Below, in pieces: positions 1 through 12,200 of a DNA stretch of 64,000 bases (positions are counted from its first letter, which is position 1; each line of letters starts with the position of its first letter). The position numbers and the translations under genes are program-made. The notes beneath the pieces were generated by a model. That model saw only the letters and a program-made list of their open reading frames with translations, was not told the DNA's origin and ran no database searches. The stretch lies in the NCBI GenBank assembly GCA_002269645.1, contig NIVC01001839.1, positions 215,595 to 279,594 on the forward strand, read 5' to 3'. This DNA is from Macrostomum lignano. Taxonomy: Eukaryota.

Positions 1-400
1 GCATCCCCCAGATAGCAAGCATCCCCCAGATAGCAAGCATCCCCCAGATTGCAAGCATCCCCCGGATAGCAAGCATCCCCAGATAGCAAGCATCCCCCAA
101 ATAGCAAGCATCCCCCGGATAGCAAGCATCCCCCAGAAAGCAAGCATCCCCCAGATAGCAAGCATCCCCCAGATAGCAAGCATCCCCCAGATTGCAAGCA
201 TCCCCCAGATAGCAAGCATCCCCAGATAGCAAGCATCCCCCAGATAGCAAGCATCCCCCAGATAGCAAGCATCCCCCAGATAGCAAGCATCCCCAGATAG
301 CAAGCATCCCCCAGATAGCAAGCATCCCTCAGATAGCAAGCATCCCCCAGATAGATAGCATCCCCAAATAGCAAGCATCCACCAGACAATAAGTAGCTAG
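1..400. repeat. 17-18 bp minisatellite (GCATCCCCCAGATAGCAA)n, cut by the window start
   Basis: About 20 tandem copies with a variable C-run; the same family recurs at 60.8-61.2 kb. Confidence 0.95.
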
Positions 401-419
401 TGCGACAATTTCCTTAGCA

Positions 420-1670
420 TTATAGTGGCTCCTTTAAAATTCGCTCACTTTTACGTTTGAAATTGTGTATCTTTTATGTTTGACATGGTGGCTCTTTTAT
501 GTTTGAAATGAAGTCACTTATATGTTTGACATGGTGAATCTTTTAAATGTTTTACAGGTTGGCTCTTTAATTTTCAACATGGTGGCTCTTTTATGTTCGA
601 CATAGTGGCTCCTTTATGTTCGACATGGTGGCTCTTTTATGTTCTACATGGTGGTTCTTTTATGTTCGACATGGCGGCTCCTTTATGTTCGACATGGTGG
701 CTCTCTAATGTTTGACATGGTGGCTCCTTAATGTTTGACATAGTGGCTCTTTAATATTCAACAAAGTGGCTCTTTAATGTTTGACATAATGACTTTTTAA
801 TGTTCAAAATGGTGGCTCTTTAATGTTTGACATGGTGGCTCTTTAATGTTTGACATGGTGGCTCTTTAATGTTCGACACGATGGCACTTTAATGTTTGAC
901 ATGGTGGCTCTTTAATGTTTGACATGGTAGCTCTTTAATGTTCGAAATGTTTTTTTTGTTTTACAGTGGCTCTTTAATGTTCAACATGGTGGCTCTTTTT
1001 TGTTTGAAATAAAGTCTCTTATATGTTTGACATGGTGGCTCTTAAATGTTCGGCATGATGGCTCTTTAATGTTCGACATGAAGTCACGTATATGTTTGAT
1101 ATAGAGTCACATATATGTTTTACATAGTGGCTCTTTTATGTTTGACATGGTGGCTCTTTTATGTTTGAAATGGTGGCTCTTTTATGTTTGAAATGGTGGC
1201 TCTTTAATGTTTGACATGGTGGCTCTTTAATGTTCGACATGGTGGCTCTTTACTGTTTGACATAGTGGCTCTTTAATATTCAACATAGTGGCTCTTTAAT
1301 GTTTGACATGGTGGCTCTTTAATGTTTGACACGATGGCACTTTAATGTTTGACATGGTGGCTCTTTAATGTTTGACATGGTGGCTCCATTATGTTTACAT
1401 GGTGGCTCTTTAATTTTTGACATTGTGGCCCTTTAATGTTCGACATGGTGGTTCTTTAATGTTCGACATGGAGTCACGAATATGCTCGACATGGTGGCTC
1501 TTTAATGTTTGACATTGTGGCCTTTTAATGTTCGACATGGTGGCTCTTTGATGTTTGACATGGTGGCTCTTTAATGTTCGACATGGTGGCTCTCTAATTT
1601 TTGACATTGTGGCTCTTTAATGTTCGACATGGAGTCGCGTATATGCTTGGCATGGTGGCCCTTTTATGTT
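420..1670. repeat. 23 bp minisatellite (ATGTTTGACATGGTGGCTCTTTA)n
   Basis: About 50 diverged tandem copies; ORF 1410..1607 is its translation. Confidence 0.93.
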
Positions 1671-1714
1671 TAGCATTTTGTGTTTTGAAGGTGTTTTAAC
1701 AAAAAAATTATTTT

Positions 1715-1780
1715 GCTCTACTAAGATTCGAACCCAGGTCACTACATTAGCAGTCCAGTCTGCTCGCATCTAGGCTATCT
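1715..1780 (-). mobile_element. tRNA-derived SINE head or tRNA pseudogene fragment
   Basis: Minus strand reads TAGCCTAGATG (A-box-like) ... GGGTTCGAATC (B-box) with a CT-GCT-AA anticodon-like loop; no convincing acceptor stem. Confidence 0.5.
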
Positions 1781-2129
1781 CTTTTTTTAATCTGAGAACA
1801 TGAACTGTGGCCCTTTGAATTCAATTCTTACAGCAAGTCAATTGGAGTAAAAAGTTATGACATAATCAATTTCTCGGTCAGCCAGTATCAGTCCCAATTT
1901 AAGTTAGCAATATGGTTACGCAATTTCTATCAAGTAGTGTGTGCATTTCTTTGACACTGTTTTCAACTTTTTGTGATGCAATCTTTATCACAATTGAAAT
2001 TCAGTCAGTCAGTTTTTTCTCTCGCATTTTTACAATGCCTTTCAAGTTGAAAGAGCTGCTTGACCTTTGCAAAAAAGCATGTTTTTCGAATATTTAATCC
2101 CTTTAAAATTGAGCAATTTCTTAGCCAAG

Positions 2130-2252
2130 ATGCATGTACCGTCCCAGGAAAATTTCTGATCGAATGGTGCAAGTTTGAAGAAAATCGGTTAAGCCGTTTT
2201 TTCTGAAATCCATCTCACAGAGACACACATTTCATTTTTAGTATATAGGATA
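2130..2252 (+). mobile_element. Possible 3' end of a non-autonomous Helitron/HINE-like element
   Basis: GTGCAAGTTTGAAGAAAATCGGTTAAGCCGTTT...ACAGAGACACAC...TTTTTAGTATATAGGAT resembles, from memory, the 3' core of DINE/Lep1-type elements; no database check was possible. Confidence 0.35.
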
Positions 2253-5200
2253 AACTAAAAAACTTTTTTTGAGTTTTACAATCTTAAGAAGTCAAGACTA
2301 CAAGAGTAAATAGCAAGGCTAAGTTCTTGTCATTTACGATAAGTGAAAAGCAAGTGGCATTACTAGCCTTCAATTTCAATTACAATGATAAAAAAAGCTA
2401 GTAAAAACAACAAAGGAGAAGGCAACAACAACAAGCAAGAGCAAGAAAGCAGCAATACGTCGACCAATATGGAGCAATAAGGCGCGCTGCTTTTTAAATT
2501 TAGCAAAGTTGTTACACTTTTAAACAAAAAATTCCTAAAATGGTAGATACACTTTCTATTGAATATACAAAGCAGATAGATTTCTAAGAAAAATCAATTT
2601 TATTTGTTTGTAAGAATTTAGAACACTTTAAATTTGTTCAGGGAGTCGTGAAAATGCAGTCATGTAAGTACAACTTATATTGTGCATATTTGCAGCTTAT
2701 ATAAATCATTTTATACCTCAATTTCGAAGACTTTGTCTATACTATGCTTCAATATATTGCAATTCATTTTCTGTACTCGTCAGAATCTGCATGTAATCGT
2801 TAAAAAATAATTTCTTTTGGCAATCTACATGTAATAGATGCGATGTAAATGTACCAGTAGCAAGGATATTTTTTATCTACTACTATACAAGTAATATTTA
2901 AAGCATATTTGAAATTGAAAAAATTGCAATATTCTTTGCAATGCGATTGCAAGAATTTCACTTTCTTGATATGTCTTTAACACTACTTACATAAGCATCT
3001 AAAGCGCACATGAAAGTTGAGAAAATTGCAAGTTCTATGAGAAAGAAATTGCAATTAAGTCAATTATTGTGAATAAAATTGCAAGTTTCAAATTTTTTCC
3101 TCAATTTCGGGTATCATGTGAACCCAAGGACGACTAACGTATACCTTAAGTAGTCCTTGTTACAATCATCTTTCCAGTTTTCATATATTTTACTGGTCCC
3201 CGAAAACAGCCGCCTAATTCCATCCCGCCGTTTCAGACCTTTTAATTCATCTTTAATTTTCCGTTCTTTATTTCCATTATTGTGTTTATAACATAAGTTA
3301 TAGGTTCATTCGATCCACCGTAACGCAATGAGAAATTAAAGTAATTTAGTGCTTCAAATTATATTTCACTTCGCTTTCGGGCTCTAAAAGGTAGTGGGAC
3401 AGATACATATTCAGGTTATAAGGACATAAAATAAATTCATTTTTTGGATAAAAACTCGCAAGAAATTAGTTTCAAGAAAGCTTTTGAAAGAAAACAATAC
3501 TTAAAAAAATACTCGTTAGAATAACAGTGTTTTGCAGAAGAGTTTTTATTGAAATAAATTTGTTAAAATTTCTTTATTTTACATTTGTAATTTAATTTTT
3601 TTTGTGACTAATAGGTTTTTCTTTTCTTTCTTGTAAAGCGCAGCACTCTATCTATCGGTAGGCCCTATCTATCTCGATAATCAAGGTTCTTGATAATGCA
3701 GTCGGGAACGGAGACTCGTCATTTATATAAATTCCTAATTATAATTTTTTTTATTTTGTTTGCCTCTAAGGGTTAGAAAACGCTAGGCCTTTTAAAAATC
3801 ATTTAATTGATCTGGATTACAGTGGTAAAATGACAGTGTGTAGGAACCTGGGCGCTAGGCTAAATAACTTTGCTACTATTTAGCTGGCACTAGTAAAATA
3901 AGCTCGTCACCACTTAGCTTGCAGTCTTGCCCATTGCATCTAAAATAAAATATATAATTGTAGATGCTACTAAACAAGCTACTAGGCCTATGGCAAAGAA
4001 AGTATTGCATTAACATTGCATATATATAGGCCTATGGCTATAGGAATATATGTATATCTACTATCATATATATTCCTATATAGTTTAATAAATATTTTGT
4101 TATATCACTTTGGTACATATATTTCAAAAGAATGCCTAAACAATTAGTATAGTTCATGCAAATATTTACAATCAGTACTTTTAACTCTTGTTTTTTATAG
4201 CCATATGTCCTACTCATCTGCCCAAATATTCAAATGCTATAAAGAACTGCATGTATATACATATACATATACACTGTATAGTTAGCCTAAAGTCATATAA
4301 TATTTAAGTAAGCAGAGCAAATGGGTCCTGACCAATTTGGCAACAAACAAATTTGGCAATAGAGATTTACAATAGACTAATTCAACAAAAAGCTACAAAA
4401 GCAAATTTGGCTAAAATCTAGGCAAATTTGCAATAATTAATAAAGGAACAACAATTTTGTATAATTCTGATAATTATTTTAGTACAATGGTATTCTTCAA
4501 TTTAGGTTTTTTGGGCCATACATGTTTTTCGTCCCTTTGAAAATCTTATTGGCAACTGGATTTTTGGTATCCGAGGCTAATTTGGCAATTTCATTTTCCC
4601 CATGCCAATTGCCAATTAAAAAAAGATTTTGTAAGTATAGGGGCCTAACAAAAGTATTATATAAATTGATATAATTGAATTATTAGTTGTTATTGTCTGC
4701 AGCATAGATAGGCCTCATAGCAATCTTATAAGAGAACAATTTCTACTTTTTAAATGTATCTTTGGAAATATCCATCCTTAAGAATTGGGCTAGTTGCCTA
4801 TAGGCAACCAAAAATAGGCATTAGCAACTGAATTTTAAGCCCCAAGGGCCAGCTGGCAAGGCAACTACAGCTTAGCATAATTTCCAACCTTAAAAAACCC
4901 AGTCTTCAATTAGCTTTCATTTTAAATTGAGTTTGTTTTATCTTTCATTTACCTTGTAAGTTTTAATTCCTTTCTAAAAATTTGTTATTTGAGGTTGGGT
5001 AGCCTTGTAAACAAAAACCTTTGAAACTTGTAAAAAAGAGAAACAGTTTTCTCATATGCTTTTTAAGGTCCTTCTATTAGTTGCAATGTTTGGGAAAATA
5101 ATTAGCAAAAAAGCCATGCAAATAAAAATGACAAGATTTAGAAATGTCAAGTGGCTTCCATGCACTATCATATTCTCAAAGATCTGAGATGTCCAATTCA

Positions 5201-5259
5201 ATAACATACTTTTCCAGTTATTATAATATGCTTATGTAGCCATTATTTCATATTTTTAA

Positions 5260-6009
5260 ACCCCTATTGGAATAAGTTTCAAAAACCCGTGGACGCGCGA
5301 CACGGGTGCCAAAATTGTGCCTTCAAAAGTGCGACGCGACACCAAATTTTGTTGACTGGGGGGCGGCGATGCGCGACACAACACCGATGTCTGTTGACCG
5401 AATGACTGGGGGGGGGAAGGATGCCACAGCAGCCACGTTACAATTGACAATTCTCGTTCTGCCGTTCATTCCCGACACCAAGACCATGGAACGAGGGATG
5501 AGAGTATTCCTTTCAATTTCGCGGAAAAAGAAATGAAATTTAAAAACAATAAACAGTAAAACAACAAAGGTACAACAGTTAGAAAAACAGCGCATGCATT
5601 GTAACTAACAAGTAACATTTCTAAAAATTATATTTGAAGTTAATTAGTTATTTTACCATCAAAATAAAAAAGAACAATTCAAGAATTAGTTTTTATCAAA
5701 CATGTTTGAAACATTTAAATACCAAGAAACAACCGTGAACATATTATTACAATGAAACACAGTTTGCGAGGTTTTAGCTGCAGATCTAGGCTGCAACGCG
5801 ACACATGACGACACCAGCCGCCAAGTTGCCACACTTTCGCATCTCGTTGTGTCGTGTCGCTTGACACGACGCATGACGACACCAGGTTTCCACAGTATCG
5901 CGCAATGTGACACACCACTTGACACCACTGTTGCGTGACGTGACACCAGGAGAATCCAAAAATGCGATGGACGGTCATCCACGTTTTGTTAACTTATTCC
6001 AATAGGGTT
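5260..6009. mobile_element. Non-autonomous TIR DNA transposon, about 750 bp
   Basis: Perfect 17-bp inverted core CCCTATTGGAATAAGTT (5262-5278 and 5991-6007) extending imperfectly to about 35 bp; TTAA/TTTAAA on both flanks; many subterminal GACAC/GTGTC motifs; no transposase. Confidence 0.8.
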
Positions 6010-6908
6010 TTAAACTAGTGTTCTGCCACTGCAAGTTTCAACTACCATAACAATAATTGTAGCTATAAGAAAACAGCAACTTCTGTAGCCAAATTTTCCT
6101 ATCATTATGGGGCTATAATAATTCTGTAACTACACTTGCCATAACCATAGTCATAATATATCAAAAATGGCAATTTTGTATAGAAAATTGTAGTATATAT
6201 AAGACAAAACAGAGAAAAACAACAGTAGTAGAGATAAAGAAATATAATTTAAATAGATTTTTCAAATAATCTTGCTTTTGTAAGATATAAATAGATAAGA
6301 GATAGATATATATATTATAGATAATCTTATATAACATAAATATATAAGAGATAAAAATAGCCTACTGATATAGTAATTTATAAACTATACTTCTACATAT
6401 ACACTTGATTCAACTCAATACTTAGATTTGATTAGCATATTAATTAAAGTGCAAGTGTAGTAAAAACAAGCAAAACAACTAGACAAGTGAATGAAACCTT
6501 TTTGAAGTTTTATAGAAAGTGTTAGTTCTCTATGTGTATTCAACAAGTATTTATTTAATAGATTAGTAGACTAAAAATAGTTTATTTTGTGTAATTGTCA
6601 ACATGTTTTTAATATATTTTTTATTCCATACTTGATGCCCATAGTTTCATTATAGATAGCCATTATGGCAGTCTGGAAGTTTGCCATTATCCATAACTGT
6701 AGCCATAGGCTAAAAAGATTGCGTAGCTATAATGTAGCTCGTATAATAAAAATATGGCTGCAAAAGTGCCATTCCTATAATTTACTATAACTGTAACCAT
6801 ATTGATAGCAGAATACCATTATAAATTTTCACAAACATTCTAAGAAAGCCTTTATTACATGTAATTTGCTAGATTGCTGCCAAATTTGCTTTTGCCAAAT
6901 TTGTCTGT

Positions 6909-8006
6909 TGAAGTGGCTCGCGTGCGGCGAGATGAAGACTGCTTGTCTTTTAATAAAGTGCTGCGGCTGGGCCTTTTACGGCTCCAGTTTATTTGGGCCA
7001 TAGACAGTTTGAGCAGCAGTGGCTGGCTCTGTCAAAAGTACATGTGTCCGCTACACAACTCCCCCCAGAGCCAGACGATGTTGCTCTTGCATTGTGCTCG
7101 TCGGGAGCTCAGCTGCTGTGGCAAACAGCTGGGTCAGCTGCAATTACTTTGCCACTAACGCAATGAAAACGACTGGGTTAGAAAAGGGTCACTGGCAGTG
7201 GATGACCGGGTTGGGGCGTCTAAATTGGTAATGTAAAACTGTTAGTAGCACAGAAATCAAAAGCATGCAGAGGCTGGCTCGATGGTGGGTGTTCAGGGAC
7301 TGTCCAAAAGTGTGAGCACTTTGCTGCTGATAGATCGAGCTGCGAGCCGGTGGCGTTGTGGGCCAGTTGAGGTCATAGACACCAGCATCCTTGAGGCCAA
7401 GGGCAGCGGCAGCAGTGGATGGTTAAGCTGATGATGATGCTGTTGGTACGTATGCCATTGTGGTGATCTGTCGGTAGTGTGGTGGGGCCTACAGCGCAGA
7501 AAAGTGCACTGATGCTTTGTCCGACGTGTCCGCCTGTGCTGCTGGGACAAGGCGTTGCCGAGGTGAGCCGCATCGACGTCGCAGCGTCGCCATCGGGTGG
7601 GGCGTTGCAAGCAAACTTTGGCAGGCGAGAGCCCCTTACCCGGAGTGCACTGCTCACCTACTGCATAACCGCAGTGACCAGGAATCAGTCATGGTCACTT
7701 TGATGCGGCTCCAGTCAGAAGCGCTGAGCCGGATTTAGGGATCGAGGTGGCCAATGGCTTTGGCTGGACTCGGAAGACCTGGTGGCCGAAACTGTGACGA
7801 GGCAGCGGGCAAAAAGCTTGAAATACTCAGCTACGGCTGAGTATAGTCGGGCTCACCACTGAAGCGGCTCGCGTGCGGCGAGATGAAGACCGCTTGTCTT
7901 TTAATAAAGTGCTGTGGCTGGGCCTTTTACGGCTCGAATTTATTTGGGCCATAGACAGTTTGAGCAGCAGTGGCTGGCTCTGTCAAAAGTACATGTGTCT
8001 GCTACA
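6909..8006 (-). mobile_element. Short non-autonomous LTR retroelement (TRIM-like)
   Basis: 147-bp direct repeats 6909-7055 and 7860-8006 with TG...CA ends and 6 mismatches; 4-bp TSD CTGT (6905-6908, 8007-8010); PBS TGGTGAGCCCGAC (minus, 7858-7846); PPT GGGGGGAG before the 3' LTR; AATAAA in the LTR; no gag/pol. Confidence 0.9.
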
Positions 8007-8600
8007 CTGTATTAAATTTCTGTTACCAAATTTGCATGCATCCAAGCAAACAATGGTGCATAAACTCATTAGAGACCTATGTCTTTATATATATATATAT
8101 ATGCAATGGATCAATAGTAGTAAAACAAAGAATTTTATAGAAGCTATAATTGGATATATTTTTTTTTAATACATTAGATTAGAGATACACTTAGTAGGCC
8201 TGGGCCCATACTATACATGTATATTATCTGTAGCATGCTAGAAGACAAGGGTTGCTTGCATCTATGGGCTATAGCTTATTAATTTGACTGACAATGAAAT
8301 GAGGCAAGGCTGCTAGAAAAATTATGATGAGCTTTTTTAACAAGCAGTGGGATACAACTGCCAGCTAAATAAGTGTTGCCATTTGCAATTCAATATGAGC
8401 AAGTGACTAATTTAAAATCAGTTTACTCACAGTGACATCATGCCACATCCAGGAAGGTGTACATTATCTCTTTTGTAACCAGGGTCTGAACCCCACGAGA
8501 CACTTTACTATGCCAGACTGGGACAGCTCAATAGACTGCACCTGTACTGCTAATGACCAATCTATGCCAGACATTGTCTATAATATTGGCTGCAATTTTA

Positions 8601-8885
8601 CTGCAATCATACATGCGCGACCTCCAAAATTCGATTTGACTTAGTTTTAACAAAAATGCGACGTAGTTGTTGGCCAAAAATGCCACTTACATGTAAAAAA
8701 CGCTATTAACGCAACTTTGGGTAAACGGCAGGAGTAACTATAACTGTCTTAAAAAGCCGAAATGCCTCGTCAGCTACTTAGTACTACTACTTGGTGTTTT
8801 TCGGGTGGGCATTTTTGCGACTTCCATGGTTGGCCGCCAAATCGATCGGCCGACTTGGCCGACTGTTGCGCATGTATGACTGCAA
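8601..8885. mobile_element. MITE with about 22 bp TIR and TTA TSD (PIF/Harbinger-like)
   Basis: CTGCAATCATACATGCGCGAC versus reverse complement TTGCAGTCATACATGCGCAAC; TTA at 8598-8600 and 8886-8888. Confidence 0.7.
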
Positions 8886-9262
8886 TTAAGTAGGATATAT
8901 TAGCCTAGCAGAAATTTTAGCACACAATGACACAACAAAAGTTTATTAGAAACATTTAGCTCACTATTGGTCATTAAAGATGTGTCATTAATGTATGCAA
9001 TGTTTTTAAAATAAAAAAATGATATGAAAGCTACAAAAAGTAAGATTTTTTGCTAAAAGCTTTACTTGAGATTTGAGAATCCATAATTCCTAGAAATACA
9101 AACAAAATGAATGTAAGGATTTGTTAGCCAGTAAGATCGATAGCAATAGGTGATCAATACATTCTATTCTGCTTTATCCACATTAAAGCGCTGATATTGC
9201 TCTATCCGATTATCACCTGTCTGTCATATTTACCTAACGCCATCAGTTCCAGCTGCTCAGGC

Positions 9263-12200
9263 ATGGACGTCGAGAGCATGCACTCGGCTCGCAGCGGCAG
9301 ATCTGACAGGTCGCACAGATCGGCGCCGGCTCATCATCATCGGGGCGGCGGCGATATGCGATCGAGCTCCGGCAGGCATCACGGGCCAGGCCAGATTCAT
9401 TCCCAGCAGCAGCAGCAGCAGCAGCATCAGATGCAGCCATTGCCGCCTCCGCTGCCTCAGATGGCCTCAGCCTACAGGCCTCAGCCTCCGCCTAACTATG
9501 CCCCACCATTGCCGCCAACATCCATAGCTGCCGCTAGCATGATCTCGCCATATCATTACCAGCCTCCGACTGACAGCGACAATCCCAATGAACTTGGCGG
9601 ATTGCAGCAGCATCAACAGCAGCAGCAGCAGCAGCAGCAGGCAAACCAGGATGACAATTGGGGCGAGACAAACACGGCGCTAACTGGGGCTACAAGCGAA
9701 ACTGGTATGAGCGCTGACGAGATGGCTCGTTATAGTCGAGAGTTGGACGCGGCCGCTGCCGCCGCTGCCAGTGCCGATGCTGCCGGCTTCGACTGCGGTC
9801 GAGCTATGGCCACTGTGCTGAGCGTGACGCTTGGCTTAGCTGCGTTCATCTCGCCTCTGGTTATGGTTGTACTGCCCAAGGCTGGCGCTTTCACTTGGGA
9901 GGTAAGGGAGGCTTTGAGCATTTTAACCTCTTGCTAATCTTTTCTTGCTGTTGATTCTCATTTACCCACAATCACCATAGAGAATCAACCTGCGTCCATT
10001 CACTGTGACAATCTTCCATAACTCACTGTGATATCAGCCTTGGTTTACTGTGAAAATCGGCCCTGATTCACTGTGATTATTGTTAATGGTTCACTGTGAT
10101 TATTGTCCATTATTTACTCTTCACCGTGATGACTGTCCCTGGTTCACTGTGATGATTGCCCCTGATTCACTGTGATGATTGCCCCTGATTCACTGTGATG
10201 ATTGCCTCTGATTCACTGCGATGGTTGTCCTTGATTCACTGTGATGATTGTCCTTGATTCACTGTGACGTCTGTGATGATTGCCTCTGATTCACTGTGAA
10301 AATCGCCCCTGATTCACCGTTATTCTCCGCGTCCCACAGTTAAAAGAGTGCAGCGTCGCCTGCGAAGGTAAGCTAATTAGTCTGGCATTTCGCCTGCTAA
10401 TCCTGCTAGTGGCCACCTGGTGCCTGTTCTTCCGACGTGGCCGAGCTTCAATGCCCCGGGTGTACATATTCCGAGTTTTGATATTATTTCTAATATTTGT
10501 CATCACTTTCGCATTCTGGCTATTCTACGGCGTGAGAGTTTGGCAGTATCAAGAGTCCGATTATAGCAGTATTGTGGAATTCGCTGTTGGACTCACAGAT
10601 GCCCTGCTGTTTGTGCACTATTTGGGCGTTGTGCTGCTTGAGATTCGTCACCTGCAGGCCAGGTTAGTCATTGTTAGGAATAATCTCCTCTTTCAAGATC
10701 TGTGTGCTGCTTGTCTATGTATGTAGAATCGCCCTAATCCACCCAACCTGAGAATTGCCCCTAATCCACACAACCTGAGAATTGCCCCTAATCCAGTCTA
10801 CCTAAGAATCGCCCCTAATCTACCCAACCTAAGAATTGCCCCTATTCCACCCAACCTGAGAATCGCCCCTAATCTACCCAACCTAAGAATTGTCCCTATT
10901 CCACCCAACCTGAGAATTGCCCCTACTCCACCCAACCTGAGAATCGCCCCTAATCCAGCCAACCTGAGAATCGCCCCTAATCCAGCCAACCTGAGAATCG
11001 CCCCTAATCCAGCCAACCTGAGAATCGCCCCTAATCCAGCCAACCTGAGAATCGCCCCTAATCCAGTCTACCTGAGAATCTCCCCTAATCCAGCCTACCT
11101 GAGAATCGCCCCTAATCCAGCCTACCTGAGAACCGCCCCTAATCCAGCCAACCTGAGAATCGCCCCTAATCCAGCCTACCTGAGAATCGCCCCTAATCCA
11201 GCCTACCTGAGAATCGCCCCTAATCCAGTCTACCTGAGAACCGCCCCTAATCCAGCCAACCTGAGAACCGCCCCTAATCCAGCCAACCTGAGAATCGCCC
11301 CTAATTCAGTCTACGTGAGAATTGCCCCTATTCCACCCAACCTGAGAATCGCCCCTAATCCAGCCTACCTGAGAATCGCCCCTAATCCAGCCTACCTGAG
11401 AATCGCCCCTAATCCAGCCAACCTGAGAATCGCCCCTAATCCAGCCAACCTGAGAACCGCCCCTAATCCAGCCAACCTGAGAATCGCCCCTAATCCAGTC
11501 TACGTGAGAATTGCCCCTATTCCACCCAACCTGAGAATCGCCCCTAATCCAGCCTACCTGAGAATCGCCCCTAATCCAGCCTACCTGAGAATCGCCCCTA
11601 TTCCACCCAATCTGAGAATTGCCCCTATTCCACCCAATCTGAGAATTGCCCCTATTCCACCCAACCTGAGAATCGCCCCTATTCCACCCAACCTGAGAAT
11701 TGCCCCTTTTCCACCCAACCTGAGAATCGCCCCTATTCCACCCAACCTGAGAATTGCCCCTAATCCACCCAACCTGAGAATTGCCCCTATTCCACCCAAC
11801 CTGAGAATTGCCCCTTTTCCACCCAACCTGAGAATCGCCCCTATTCCACCCAACCTGAGAATTGCCCCTATTCCACCCAACCTGAGAATCGCCCCTATTC
11901 CACCCAACCTGAGAATCGCCTCTAATCCAGTACCAAAGAATCGCCCCTAATCCACGCAGCCAGGGAATCGCCTCAGTCTAATCAACTACCTACAGTAGTA
12001 TGACGGTAAGTTAGAAATCGGAAGAAACTCAGTTTGCCATAAACTATTCCAGATACGCCATAAAAGTGCTGCGCTCCCCGGACGGCGAGTCGCACATCTA
12101 TCCAGTTGGCGAACTGAGCATTCAACGGGCCGCTGTTCTCGTATTGCAACAATATGCCGTCGATTTTAACGCATTCAATCCGTATTTGGAGCAGGCCTAC

